A DNA stretch of 62,438 nt, counting the filler, from Choristocarpus tenellus KU-1152 (taxonomy: Eukaryota > Protista > Phaeophyceae), in assembly GCA_964200185.2 (NCBI GenBank). It is 14 parts of 14 records of this genome, joined end to end, with 100 filler letters (N's around TTAATTAATTAA, not from the genome) between each part and the next. Parts side by side here need not be neighbours in the genome. Positions count along the whole stretch, not along the records: positions 23,212 to 26,298 come from CAXNAD020022415.1; positions 26,399 to 33,357 come from CAXNAD020006965.1; positions 33,458 to 38,455 come from CAXNAD020012229.1; 11 more parts are not named here. One strand, given 5' to 3'. Of the stretch, positions 23,330 through 36,788 are shown one piece after another (within the stretch, counting starts at the first letter, position 1; every line of letters begins with the position of its first letter). The position numbers were made by a program, and so were the translations under genes. Under the pieces are notes generated by a model. That model made no database searches. It was not told the DNA's origin and saw only the letters and a program-made list of their open reading frames with translations.

Positions 23330-26245
23330 CTGTCTGCCGGAGTGTTCTCATCCTTGAGGCACTTGATGATGCCAGGGGGCCACGCTGTCGCCTGTCCCGT
23401 ACCTGACTTGGAAAGAATTTTGGCCATGAATTCAATGGATGAAGGGGTGAAGCACCCCTGGCGCCTCATGATCTCGACCAACTGCTCGTGTGTCACCTGT
23501 TACATTACATTAATTTTTTGATGTGTCACACATGAGTACATTACATGTGTGACACCTGTTACATTACATTAATTTTTTGCTGTGTCACACATGAGTACAC
23601 AACGCTAGGAATAAAGGTTTAAGAAACGAGATAGTAAAATTTTAAATCCAGAAACTGCACTATTTCAGGGGAAAGAAATCGCAAAATGGGCAGGGGGGGG
23701 GGGGTAAGGAAGGGATTTTNNNNNNNNNNTTAAAAACAAAAACCTGCAATTTTGAGGGGAAAAAAAAGCGAAAGAGGGGAGGGGGGGGGGGGGGTAAGGA
23801 AGGTATTTTTTTTCCCCTCTTCAGGTACTACATGTGGATTAGGATTAATATTACATGCAGTATAGGGTTAGGGTTAAGACGGGGAAGTTTTAGCAAGAAC
23901 CAATCCACCCCAACATCAATCGGGATGGGAATGGTGAGGGAAGAAAGGATGGTGATGTACTGTAACCATACCATAACCAATGGGTGAATATAAATGAAAC
24001 CCTAACCCTAACATATCAATAATATATTAACTCATGCCAGGTTACCCCTGTACTCTAAATCTCCCTCTCAAGATTCAACACCACCCCTGTCTGATAAACG
24101 TCATCATGGGAAATATTTCTAAAACAGTTCTTGTCCATCCACATCAAGCACAACAGGGAACTTCACAGGATACACCCACAGGATACACCTACAGGACACA
24201 CCCACAGGATACACCCACAGGATACACCCACAGGATACACCCACAGGATACACGTACGAATACCCTACGCGACACTGGAGTCTTGCCTAGAAAGGCCGCT
24301 GGTCCATCATCTCGTCAGAGAGGATGTAAATATTATTATATGCAATGGGTCCATAAAGTCAAGGATTGTATAGTGGACAGCAAAAACAAACCAGTAGAGG
24401 TCACCTCTTGTGACCTGTCGGAAACAGTAGATGCTTAGTAACTCCTATCTGTTGATAGTTTTATGAACAGTTGGCATCTATTGCACCCAATGATACTCCT
24501 ACAACTCACCCCACTACAACAAAAGATCACAGGGTACCTTCAACACCAGCAATGTAGGAGCTTGTGCATGGCACACTTTCTTCAACAAAAAATACCAACA
24601 GTGAGCAGATTCCTTTCACACTCTGCAAAAGAACCTTCTCCACAAACAGACACCCCAGCCCAATGGGAGGCAGCAAATTGAATTCCTGAGCTATCTGTAA
24701 CTACCTACAGCGCCATACTAAAACAGCATCCCAGATCCTCTAGACTGTCATTGCTCAGATCGATCATGTAACACCACAAGAACAAGAACAGTAATACAGA
24801 GGTTTTTTAAAAAAAAAAGAGCCTTGGGATTACGCCCAAGATTGGTGATCAAAATGCAAGAAAAATCTCTACCAAACCAAGAACCCAGCACCCTGCCTCA
24901 CCTACTCACATCTATTTTTCTTTTGTCAAGAGAGAGAATTTGGAAAGCAAATAAGACTGCTAGATAGTGTAGTCTTCTGATTTTTGTCTTCTGATTTTTG
25001 AGCGAAAAAGGAAAATTTCCACCAGTTTTTTTAAATCGGGTTTTGGTTTAGTCAGCAGTATAGTGAAACTGAGAAGAACAAAAAACTGACAGTGTACATG
25101 GAATTACTCATACCACTTGGCGTAAACACATATCGATGTACCACTCCACCAAATGCCAATTTCCATGTCAGCAAAAAGCACGAAATTTCTGCTTCAGTCA
25201 GCAACTCGTCCGTGAAAACGTCAATTGTGTGTGTAGAACACTTATCGTCACTTTTTTAAAAGTGACCCTTGGCGAATCGGGAGGTCAGTGTGACCATACT
25301 ATTAATACAAATATCGCAATTCATACAAGCCTCACCCAATGTACATTTGCTTTGATTCATCCACGTTAGCTGTACCACCATCACCAATAAGATCCTAACC
25401 CCATTAACATCCTTGTACATGACCAGCACAGTTTAGCAGTGCATCAGATCATTGAACTCCAACGGGTCAAACTGGCATCCGCACGACAAGACCATGCACA
25501 ACAAAAAAACAAAAAAACAAGCGCCTTACGAAAACAAAAACACTCTAAGAAGAAATATATATAGACACAAGAGTAATTGCTAGAGTAATCTAAGTGAGAA
25601 AAAAATGAAGAGAAAAGTGCATCTCTCTTGCACAATCTTATCTTCAAAAATTGGCACTCTCAAGGCCAAAAGTCAAAAGGTAATTCAGTCAGGGATATAC
25701 AGGGAGTTCATGAGGCATAGAGAAGTCAGGACACAGTCCAAAAAGTATTTTTTAGGCACAACACAGGGGAGGGTGGTGGTGCCTGCTATATTCAGTAACA
25801 TCTAGGAGCCAAATTTGGTTGACTATACTGTACGACAACACAAGACACTAATGACAGCAAAAGGCACACCTTACACCACCAGCAATAAAATAACATTTCT
25901 TAATATTCATAGTGTCATGCTATTCCAACCTCCTCCCAAATCCATGAACTTCTACAAATATCTCTCAAGTAAGACAGCAACCCCCCCCAAATAACGGACA
26001 CAGCTCTTTCAATGACTGTGGCCCAAACATTATCCATGAAGACGTAATTCTAAGGAACCTCACTTCCGAATCGACACACACAATAGGCCTCCCCACCCCC
26101 CCGACGGCTCCCCCTCCTAAGGATATTCACCTTCCAGTCAGCTGGCGGCTCAAAGGTAGTGAAGTCAATCATGTACACGGGGGAACGCGCCCTCGACATC
26201 CACCTAGAGTCGACATACATTCCAGCCGCCCCGCAAATCCAAGCC
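23330..26245 (-). CDS. KCS: FAE1/KCS-type 3-ketoacyl-CoA synthase (very-long-chain fatty acid condensing enzyme), two internal exons ~26245-26131 and 23496-23330
   Basis: Spliced WMSRARSPVYMIDFTTFEPPADWK|VTHEQLVEIMRRQGCFTPSSIEFMAKILSKSGTGQATAWPP matches the KCS N-terminal motif R.R.VYL.DF.C..PP...K......F...S.EF..KIL..SG.G..T..P; phase-0 GT-AG intron. Confidence 0.85.
23488..23599. repeat. 59-bp-period tandem duplication spanning the KCS splice acceptor
   Basis: gtgtgtcacctgttacattacattaattttttg.tgtgtcacacatgagtaca occurs at 23488 and 23547. Confidence 0.9.
24164..24253. repeat. 13-bp minisatellite (CACAGGATACACC) x ~7, in the KCS intron
   Basis: Direct observation. Confidence 0.95.
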
Positions 26246-26854
26246 CACCCCCCCCCCCCCCCCCCCCCCACCCCCCCCCCCCCCCCCCCCCCACACCCNN
26301 NNNNNNNNNNNNNNNNNNNNNNNNNNNNNNNNNNNNNNNNNNTTAATTAATTAANNNNNNNNNNNNNNNNNNNNNNNNNNNNNNNNNNNNNNNNNNNNAA
26401 AAAAATTAGTTCAAGAGGTTAGAATTTTAGATAACAGAAAGGAAAAGACAACTTTATTTGATTTTTCTTTCAAATAGAAATATGTAGCACAAACACATCA
26501 CTACATCCACAACATCATGTCTACAAAAAACAAAAAAAGTTGTACAATTGCACGCCTGCCTCGAAATATTGCTGAGTGCAAAGTGTGATACTCAAGAGAG
26601 CTGCCGGGCACTGGTTCCCCTTGCTAGTTTCAGTTAGCATGGCATACATCAAATAGAGATTAGGGTTAGGAGACCTTTGAAGGCTGCAACTTCGTTCATG
26701 TTGCAAAATCATTGTGCCTCCCTCATAAGAGTTCAGAACATTTAAATCACTACTATACTGCCATAACACTATGCCTGATAAATCAAACACCATGTTTCAC
26801 TTTTTCATGTTTCGTTTTTTGCTGTTGCTCTCCTTGCACCAACTATTCTCACAG

Positions 26855-29800
26855 AACCTATACGCGAGTTGAGGTGAGATTCCGGGCGATTTCTCAGAAA
26901 ATACTGGGAAAGAATATGGCTGCATGGTCCTCCGCAGCAAAGATGCAGCGTTTATTCTCGGACTGCACAAGGGTCCTGCAGTGTTCATGGAGAGTACACA
27001 AAGCCAGGTGACTGCAGTGGTATACTCATGGATGTCCATTTTGTGTCACCTTTCCACTCTGTTGCTCTGATGAAAACAATGGTGATTGTACCATGGTATT
27101 TTGGAAATTTTCTTCTGATGTTTGCTGTTGGAGAGCTGCATGAGCTATGGGTGTTGGATTGAGTTTAAATTGAAGCTCAGGGACTTCCACCTTGCTGGGA
27201 CACTTTGACAGCTATTTCATATCTAATGCTAGAATGAACAGTTAGGTTCTCAGGTTGTGACTGACTTATTGTGGGGTTTCACATCAGTATCTCTGAGGAA
27301 GATAAATTTAATTCATCATGATTCGAGCTGCATTGTGTGACTCTCTTCTCAAATTTCACCTATTTCGCAAAGCATTAAAGAGGGTATGACTGCGTCCGTT
27401 CGTGGTCATAAATCCAATTTTGCTATTTTTGATGAATTTTGGCTACCATGTTTGTTAGCAGGTGTCAATACCCTTGCTTCAGACACACCTTTCACAGTCG
27501 TATACATTTTGCCTACTCCGAAATGCTTTGGGGTATGTAACTGTGTTCACAGGAAACCTAAAAAAGGGCATAAAAAACCCTAACACTAAGCCAAGCCCCA
27601 AATGAACGAATAGGGGTAAAATCCTATTAACCCTAACCCTCTTAAATGCGTTGGATCTATCATGCGTTGGACTTTGCTTGGGTTGACGTTAGAGAACATG
27701 AGATGGTATGTGCGATGCATGTATTGACATTTGTGAGTGTGTGAGTATGTGAGAATGTGAGTATGTGTGAATGTGCCTTTTGAGTGGTCCAGTGTGTCCA
27801 TGATTGTCGCTATGGACTTTGAACTACTCCAGAATATCTTTGAACTGCTCCAGAGCATTTTCACTATATCAGTTGTTGTTGTTTCACAACATTTTAGTGC
27901 TAAACTTGCAAGATCCCCTAGAGATTTGAATCTTCAGTGGAGTATGCCACACCAATGCATACATTGGGTAGAGGCATGCAGGGTAGTTCTCCTCGAATAG
28001 CAACTTATAACAGGAACATGTGAGGGTCTGCCTGCGGAATATTTTGCAGCTTTTTTCAACTAATTTGGAGTATTCCCTTGACCTTTGTGCATGTACATGA
28101 CAACGAGGAATGCATCATTTTTTATCTTCCCATGCTCTGTCTGTAGTAGATTTGGGGTGGAGGTCTCAAGATATTGAGATGTGTCTACACCAAGGCGTAA
28201 GTATTGATGCTAAAATTCAACATTTTCTTCCTCATTTTTCTATTGTGATACTACTGATATCAGCTCTAACTATCGCAGAGGCATAATACCACCATTCTTT
28301 GATGCAGTAATGGAGATCAGGCTGCAAATTTGTTGTATGGGTTGTACCAAATCTGTCTCTCCCGTGTATGTCAGCCTAGAACTCTACAAAGCCGTTCCTT
28401 CTTTGCTTAGGAATCAATATAGGAACATATCAACATTTATTGAAAATTTTTTTGATAGAATTCTATTCGACCTAGGCACAAAAACAAAAAGATACCAGTC
28501 TATCCATGCAATATGGAAGGGGAAAACAAAGACAAAAAACAAAATAAGAATATAGTGTGGTGTTGCTCATGGTCTACATATCTCGTTTTGGTGGTATGAC
28601 ATTCTGCATTTTTTCACAAGCACATTGAAGCAAACGGTCATGAAAAGTGTCGATTGGATGCCTAGTCACCAACAACTCACCCATTCCCCTGCCCAGAAGC
28701 AGGAACCACTTCACCAGACACGATGAAAATCTATACCTAACCCTAACTATTCCTATTGATCAGGAACAATTTAAAAGAGCGCCGAGAAAAGCTGTCTCTA
28801 TGTGATGCACTAGCGAGGTCGATTGTGGCACGGACAATCTATCGCCTTAGCGGAGAGTGTTTCAACAGGTGGAGAATGTTCACCAGGGTCAGCAGAAAGG
28901 TGCCTATGCAGAGCTGAGCATGCAATACTTGCAAGCATAATAGCTGAAAGAAAGTCTGACTAATCTATGTGACATTCATTAAACTACAACTCTGAAGTTA
29001 ATCCGCAAACTTACACCTTCATCAGCAAAAGCCCTGATCATTGACCACAACTCTGTTATAAACGACTTTTTAGTTGAGGATATTATCTACCAAGAACAAG
29101 GAGAAGAGCCTCAGGTGGTGCCTCCTCGATTGGAGACAAATTGTAGTAGCTGTTCAAGAGTGCAGAAGCAACTCTGCAATCTCTATCCAACGGGTAGCCA
29201 GAGGAATCGCTGTCCGACATGGTATATTAGGGAGATTTCTGAGAAGACGACACCAAGCAAGACAGAATATCATGAGGCTGGTAAGGACAAGAGTGAGGTT
29301 AATGTAATTTTCAAGATTTCTGAAGTAGCTCAAATTGGGGAGTGAGGTGAAAATATGGATACATGCAATTCACATATCAAGGGGAAACAAGTACATTACG
29401 AATTGAAATAATTAATTTTAGAATACTTTGGAATTATCGAGATTTTGCACCTAGGAAGCGGAAATACTGGTGCCATTGCAAGACTAGATTGCATTGAGTA
29501 GGTGAGGGAATCCCTTGGACAATTCCATTATTGTATAGAATATGGTTCCAAAGCACTCAGTGGCGCATTGTCTGACACCCATTTGCTTTATGGCAGGTCT
29601 TTGTCCACATTGCTTTTATCCGTTTCCGTACAAGACTGAATAAGCACCGGAATAAGTTAGCAGCTGCCAAGATATTCCAAGATTCCCTCGACATCAAGAG
29701 CATGGGTACAGTTTTTCACGCCTGGAGACACATTATCAGATGTGAGATCTACCTGCGCCAAGAAGTGATGAGATTGGTAGTCAAGAGGGAAAAGGAGGTG

Positions 29801-32392
29801 CGTATTGTACGGTTGTAGCGATTGATGATGGGGCATAGAAGGAGACGACTTTTTTTTGTTCGATAGGATTAGTGTCCGACTTTGTGTTGCAGTTTGTTGC
29901 TTGAGGGGTTACATATGGAGTAAGGTTGTAGGTAATGATGATACTTTAGGGTCTTGAATAAGTGTGGTTCAGACATTGTTTGGTTTTTCTCAGATTTCAT
30001 GTTAGAGGCGAAGGAATAGCAGAGGAGAAGCAGACAGTAAATTATTTTATACTCTGCCATGGAAAGGTGTGGGGGAGCTAACACCATGATTCCTACACCT
30101 GGGAGCATACTCAAGGACAGCACATTGACTTATCACCTTCAGGTAGGAATGCACAGTAGCTGGGCAGTTTGGTTTACTCCACAACACTGTCAATATAGTC
30201 AAGGAGTGATAACTTCTAGTTGGGATTAACTGGTTAAATCATGTATTCTGAACAAGTGACTAATATCAACAATTGAAAAGAGAAAGCAATGGATTGAGAA
30301 CGTAACACCTGCAGTTGATTTTGTTTTTACCCAGGAATTGTTCCTCTATCAGTCCCTCCTCTCCCTTCACTCCACCGCAGCCCATAGAACATCTCTGTCA
30401 CTGTGTCTCCCCCTTCTCCTCTCTCATTTTCTATACCACAATCCTACTCAGCAACTCCGGACAGTACTAAGGGTATGGGGTTCCTCAGCAAAGCGCGAGG
30501 CCAGCACTCGACGTGCCGAACTAGAAGAAAAAGAGAGGAGGAGAAGAGGAATGGTCTCTGCGGTGGTTAATATGCAGGCGTTGTGGCGAGGGCATCAAGT
30601 CATGAAGGTGATAGAATGATTGCATTGGTTTGTAATCATCAACTTCGAGGTGTGCAGTTGTAAAAGTCGTTCCAATATGCCAATCACTGATGAACAGAGC
30701 ATGCAAGATATCTGTGAGGCGAAAATCTCATTGTGGTAGACCTCATCATTACCTCAATATTATTCTCAATGTACCAATGTTCATAACTCTTTCCTCATCC
30801 GACCGATTTTACCTTATACATATGATTGGGAAAGGAAATCGAATATTGCTCTCTGAGCTTTGTTGCTCTCGCCGCTTGCAATACCTCGGTGTCTCTTTGC
30901 TGATCCGTGCAGAGGCTGAGGGTGCCATTACTGCAACAAAGAGCATCGATTAGGATTCAAAGGGCATGGAGGGGATACCGGGTTAGGAAGAACTCATATA
31001 GCAAGGTACAGTGGGGGGTACACAGGAACGGAGTCGTCAGATTGTTATTGTTGTTGTTTTTGTTGTTATTATTATTTTTAGTAGTAGCAACATTATTTTT
31101 GTTGTTGATATTGCAATTAATTCATTTTTTTTCTACTCTCCCTGACATACTAGGAATTCCAATCATCTTTCAGGCTAACATATTTGTCATTCCGTATGAC
31201 TATGTGGTGCAGAGACAACTTCCTGATAACTCTCTGGACGTCTCTGCACACTATTGCCTCAGAAGAAGTTCTTCTCTTCATCTCTATCCTGTTACAGTAC
31301 ACTCACTAATCCTCTAAAAACATGACACTTTTTACAGATGCAGTTAAATCGCTCAGCTACTGTCATGCAGGCATTATTCCGTGGGCATTTGACCCGATCC
31401 AGGTAAGGAAAAAAATATATATCGAGGTCTTTTTTCTAAATTTGTACACCAGGTCGACAAGAATTTACCTGGAAGGATTCAACTTTGTCAAAACAGCTCC
31501 TCATTGAAAGAGCTTCTTTCTTCTCCTTGATTCTTCTGACAATAGGCACTGGTCCCTCTTCCTTAAGGAGGCATTCACTGCAGTGGAATACGGACAATAT
31601 GAGAGGTTGCACTGGCTAACAGAACACTACCCTACACTCATAGATCAGTTGGCAGTGGAGGAAGAGGGGGAAGGTGTTCTACATCGTGCTTGCACGGGAG
31701 GCTTTCTAAAGTGCGTAAAGCACTGCCTCAGCTGCAAGGTGAGAAGGGTGCTACTTTTGGGTAACATTGGTTACAATTTTTATAATCTGATTCCTCAACA
31801 TCAAGAATATTAGTATGAGAGGAAAAATGATAACCACTGGAGCTGACAGGGTTGTGGAGTGAGGGAGGCGATTAAGGAGAGAAATGGAGGAAGGTTATCT
31901 TACCCTTGACGATGTCCCTCCAATACCAAGTGTTCAGTAGATGGTGTTGAGCATAAATTTTGAACTCTGTTATCAAGACTGTTAGCAAGAACCCCATCAA
32001 GAACAATCCCTCATCTATATGTTCTTTAACCCAAGGCTGTTCCTACGCTAAACTACAGTACAAATTGAGTAATCTATCCTTGAATACATCCACCATATAC
32101 ACAATCTTCGTTTCCCACTCCTGACCAGCCCTCTCTGCCGTGCTAACTTCTGAACTACTCAGGCAGATGTATCTAGCTTCACATATTCTGGTTGGACACC
32201 CCTTCACTTCGCAGTGTCCTCTGGTCGAGCTTTGGAAAGGACAGCAATCATAGAATACTTGTTGTCCCAAGGGGCATCGCTGGATGCGGCAGAATTATTA
32301 TATGGAAACACCCCACTGATGCTTGCAGCAAGCTTGGGAATGGATGCGGAGTGCAGAGTGATGCTTGAGTGGGGGGCGCAGCTAGATGTTAG
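26855..32392 (+). CDS. Multi-exon protein with Sfi1-like Trp repeats, IQ motifs and ankyrin repeats (partial); exons 26855-27007, 28764-28899, 29074-29280, 29597-29797, 30452-30607, 30913-31005, 31338-31402, 31546-31738, 32163-~32392
   Basis: Phase-consistent exon chain. IQ motifs: IQRVARGIAVR, MQALWRGHQV, IQRAWRGYRVR, MQALFRGHLTR. Ankyrin motifs: VLHRACTGG, GWTPLHFAV, GNTPLMLAASLG...WGA. Confidence 0.8.
27365..27650 (-). mobile_element. MITE family A, old diverged intronic copy
   Basis: AGAGGGTATGACTGCGTCCGTT..AAATCCAA..GATGAATTTTGGCTA..TGTTTGTTAG..GCCAAGCCCCAAATG is collinear with family A. Confidence 0.75.
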
Positions 32393-32917
32393 GCAAGCAT
32401 TGGGGTTCAAACGACATCCATTTTTCAAGTTTCCAGATATTGTTGAGGAGTCCTCAAAGTATGTTGTCTGTGAGTATCGACAAACAAAATTGTGTTAGGT
32501 GAATGAAAGAAATAAGCAACAAAGCTGTCATAGTCTATGTTGCTTTGTGCCGGCACAAGAATACATGCACTCAGTTTCTACTACATCTTCTGAATTGAGA
32601 TCACAGGACTTGTCAAAGTTTATGGTGCTGGGGAGGTTATCATATCCGACCTACTGAAGAAATGAACTTTGATTATCACTACCCCTAATGATGAATACTG
32701 CTGTTGATTGATTGACTCTCTAATAATTAATAGAAATCATGGTGTTTCCAAGGCCCACTACCTCTAGCTGTATTTTTAATAACAACAGCACCACCTCAGG
32801 AGTTCAACTCACAGCAAAATTATTATCAATTAAGGACTCAGATCATGTCTGAGCAACCGCAACACTTTGGAAATTGATTTAAATGTTGTCCAATTTTTGA
32901 AGACACCGTAGGTTCTG

Positions 32918-32950
32918 TTAGGGTTAGGGTTAGGGTTAGGGTTAGGGTTA
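32918..32950 (+). repeat. Interstitial (TTAGGG)5 telomere-type repeat
   Basis: Direct observation. Confidence 0.9.
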
Positions 32951-33242
32951 TGGAGAAGAGAATGGACATTGTTGAGAGGGGAACAATCCTTATCATTATT
33001 GGTTGATTGAGGAACTATTATTGAACGAGGCACAGGTAGCAGAGCCACAGAGTTATTCATATAAATATTATTAATAATGTAACCTGCTGTTTGTTGATTG
33101 GTCAATATTGTAGTGGGTACAGAGTCAAGGGAAGAAGCAGTCTTATCCTATTTAGAGCTGAATGTCCTATATTCCACCCTGAAGTATGTTGCAGAAATAG
33201 GATGGTCAATGGCTGAAGGAATTTTTGAGAAAAATGATACGA

Positions 33243-33290
33243 CACTCAAAGTATCTGGGGGGGGAGGGGGGGGGGGGGGGGGGGGGCGGT
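33243..33290 (-). mobile_element. MITE family B terminus with poly-G (near contig end)
   Basis: CACTCAAAGTATCTGGGGG... Confidence 0.7.
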
Positions 33291-33510
33291 GAGTTAGGGG
33301 TCATTTTTTTGGTGTTGCGTTTTTTGGGTGGGTTTCGATCGGGGGACGGGCGGTGTGNNNNNNNNNNNNNNNNNNNNNNNNNNNNNNNNNNNNNNNNNNN
33401 NTTAATTAATTAANNNNNNNNNNNNNNNNNNNNNNNNNNNNNNNNNNNNNNNNNNNNCTGTGACGTCTCCTTCACCCTGGCCTCCTGTGCAAATCACCAC
33501 TCAATTCCAG

Positions 33511-36500
33511 GGCTTGCGCTCCATGCAAGCGTATGAAGCAAGGGCGTGTCTACTGTAGAGTGCTAAAAAAGCACCACACTGCCCCAGACTTTAACGACCA
33601 TGAACAGAAGTCATGGCAAGCTCCGGATGGGTAAGCAACTGTAGACAGATAGCTGAGGAGGAGGAGAGGGGGTTAAGAGCATTAGGAAGGGATGGAAAAT
33701 CTGCAAAAGATTTCTCTCAATGATGTTGTCAATGTTAGTCAACACTCTGCAATTGTGGCAGAGTGCTCTGATTCTACCTTGTCCTAGCTATATTTTGGCA
33801 TCAACCCCTCCCCCTACACCAACACCAACACCAATATCTCATGGGCTTAATTGTTGCTTTTCATACTGTGTTCCGCACCCCTGAATCATGGCACTGGCTC
33901 TATTTTGTAAGGCTCCACATTAATCGCTTTATTGCAAGGTGAAGTTTTCAAAGTTTAGACACTGCAGTAGTGTTGCTCAAGCCCTGGTTGTATGTACTTG
34001 TTTGAGCGCACTTGTGAAGTAGAGAGGTTTTGTTTTTATTTTTTTCATAAGTCCTATCGTGTTCTAAGTTGTTATGAATTAGTTTTTTTTACTGCAGTGG
34101 TGAGAATTGAAAGGATGGAAGGCTTTTTAATTCGGACATGCCGACAACTCAGTGTTGTGGATAGGGGATCTTGTTCTGATCGATAATTCACGTAGGGTAT
34201 ACGGACCGTAATATATTTCGACTTTTAGTTTATTTACATGAACCTCCATTTGTGTAACTTCCTGGCATTATCACCATCACTGTTTGGAATAGGGTTAGGG
34301 GGGCTAGTCGGGCGACCCACAATATTAAAGGGACTTGACGTGTTTGGTCAGTGGTGGTATGGTATGAATAATTTTTCAATTGTATCTCGCAAGTCAAGAT
34401 ACTTTGAAGAATATATATGAAGATAAAAAGGCTTTGCTTTCATCATCATGCTGTCCACCTATCAAATTGCCCAACCTATTCCAAACTTTGTTCTCTGGGT
34501 GGAAGATTTTGTTCGGTGTTTGTATCCACACTGCACCTAGATGCACCATTATTTATCCAGTGGTAGGTGGAAGCCTGTCTTACCAGTCTGTACACCATCG
34601 TTCAATCAGCAGATGGGCAGGAATCCATAGGCAGGGAGTGTGTGTGCAACCATAGAGCTTTCACTGATTCATGTTGCAATAGTGTGTGCCACGGCTTCTG
34701 CTCTCACCATTTGCCAGCCTAATACGTCATGTAAATTTCTCTTCTAACTAACACCCTGACACGCACTTACACCCATGGCTCCAACGGTACTGTTGCAGGT
34801 TCTGGGAATGGTTGAAAGTGTGGAGGAATCCCCAAACTTCCATCGCTAATGGGGAAAGTTCGAACACCCTTACCCTGCTACCGTCACCTGCAGCAACAGA
34901 GGGTGTCTCATTGACTTCCCCCATACTTGACACACTGTCTCTACACCAACCGACTGTTCCCATTGGCAATGGTGATGGGAAGGCTTTGTTGGCACCATGG
35001 AAGTCCACGCCTGTATCACCCCCTCTTCCCACAGCACCTGCAATGCCGGTCGCTCCTTCACACAACAGTGAGGAACATAGTGATACCACTGAGATATTCC
35101 CTGGAGCTGATGATAAGGTGACCATGCCTGGAACTCAGGACAAATCGCAAACAGCAACAACAACAAAAACGACAACAACAGTGGCGACTACCAGTGCAAA
35201 GGCACAAGTAAATAGATGGGCTTCATTATGTATTGCCCCATTGCCACCTTTGCCACCTTTGCCATCTCAAGAACAGTCCATTTCTGCGCAACCGAAGAGT
35301 CAGTCACTGTGCCAAACACAGCAAGGTTCAAAGAAGGTTCATGATATAGAGGAGATGAAAGTGGAAGCATTCACACCAGTTCTGCCTCCTCTCGCATCTG
35401 TACCAGCAGTACCAGGGATCACAGCAGAGACTGTGGATGAAAGAATAGGGACTAGGGCTGTAGCTAGGGCTCGGGCTGGTACAGCCAATGAGGTCGTAGC
35501 AAGTAGGGAGGAGAGAAAGAGGTCCACGAGGAGGGAGGTGGTACCCATGGGCTTGTCGCAGGGTTCGTTTCAATCAAATTATTCAGGCGTGTTGGGGAGA
35601 TGGCAGGGGGATCCTAGTTCTTGTACTGCTGTGGCATCTACATCCTGTAGTGGGGACGAAGAATTGTCAGGGACAGGGGAGTTGGTTGAAGGAAAGGGAA
35701 GCAAGGGCCAAACAACGAGCAGTGGAAAGGTGAAGAGACAGCAGAAAAGGGGGGAATTGTTGGCGGAAGCAGTGGCAATATGTAAGGCAGAGGTGAAGGC
35801 AGTGGATCACATGGTTATGGAGGAGGATGAGGCCTTGCCCCAGGTTGAACGTACCCTCTGTTGTAATGATACCAATCTGCAGACCGGGGAAGTACATGTG
35901 CAGGATAGCAGGTGTACAAATGAGAAACCCTCACCTGCTTTGATGGAGCGAAGGCTGCGCTCTCGTAGTGCTCAAGGTGAAGTCCATCGCAGTGAGGGTC
36001 TGACTGATTGGGAAGCCTTTTCATCTTCAGCATCTGCTGTGGTAACGTCCTGCTCTCCCACTTCCTCGAACACTGTCACTGCTGCTGCAGCTTGCTCCGC
36101 AAACACTTCTTGGACGTCCTTTCCCCGTCCTGAAAGAGTTCTTCACAAGAGGAACGGGGAATCGAGGATAGGTACAGCTGCTGGGAGAGAATCTGCTATG
36201 GCAGTAGCAACAGTCAGGAGGCGGAGTATGAGGGATGAAAGATATGCTGTTAGGGCCGGCGAAAAGAAGAGGAAGGTGGACTGGCCAGAGCACTCTACTC
36301 CAACTAAAGACACCATCAAATGTGGAGTTGAGTGCATCTCTGACAATCAATCTACCAAGGGTGTTGTCATCTGTCAAGTAGACTCCAAACGCTGTGGTGG
36401 GCAGCAGACCAAGCAATTTTGCCCAAGGGGTCCAAACCTCATCTCATCAAATGTCCTGACAAGACGATCATCCATGAGGTCCACAGCGTCCACCTTCTGT

Positions 36501-36788
36501 ATGATTACCCGTGGCAAGATGGGCAACCAATATAAGCAGAGCTGTGCACCCTCAGGAGGAAAAACAGAAGTTCCAAGGGGTGCAAAGCAGTGTCAGAGTG
36601 ATCACAAAGGCCAGCAATATCCTCGCAGGGGCTTGAGGTCCAGACGAGCTAAAATGGAAGAGAAAGAACAGGGGTGTAGGGGTACGAGGCAAATTGAGGT
36701 TAAACCTTTGCTGTCAGGACAGAGAAGATCTCCACGTAGCAATAGTGGAAAGTCACATAACCACCTGTTGGACTCTCTTCATCATTAA
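33511..36788 (+). CDS. Last two exons (33511-33630, 34799-36788) of an uncharacterised protein: small Cys/His module followed by a ~650-aa low-complexity tail
   Basis: TTCCAG acceptor, frame ACAPCKRMKQGRVYCRVLKKHHTAPDF...WQAPDG, GTAAGC donor (phase 2). It joins in frame at TTGCAG|G to FWEWLKVWRN and the 658-codon ORF ending TAA at 36788. Confidence 0.75.

Noticed and set aside
23641-23815. Apparent direct repeat either side of a 10-N gap
   Set aside because: Most likely overlapping low-quality read ends around a poly-G tract (scaffolding artefact).
24164-24253. CRISPR-like short repeats
   Set aside because: Head-to-tail 13-bp minisatellite with no spacers, inside a eukaryotic intron.
23330-26245. 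Plant-type KCS as a horizontal transfer novelty
   Set aside because: FAE1/KCS-like genes are already known outside land plants, including stramenopiles; nothing here indicates recent transfer.
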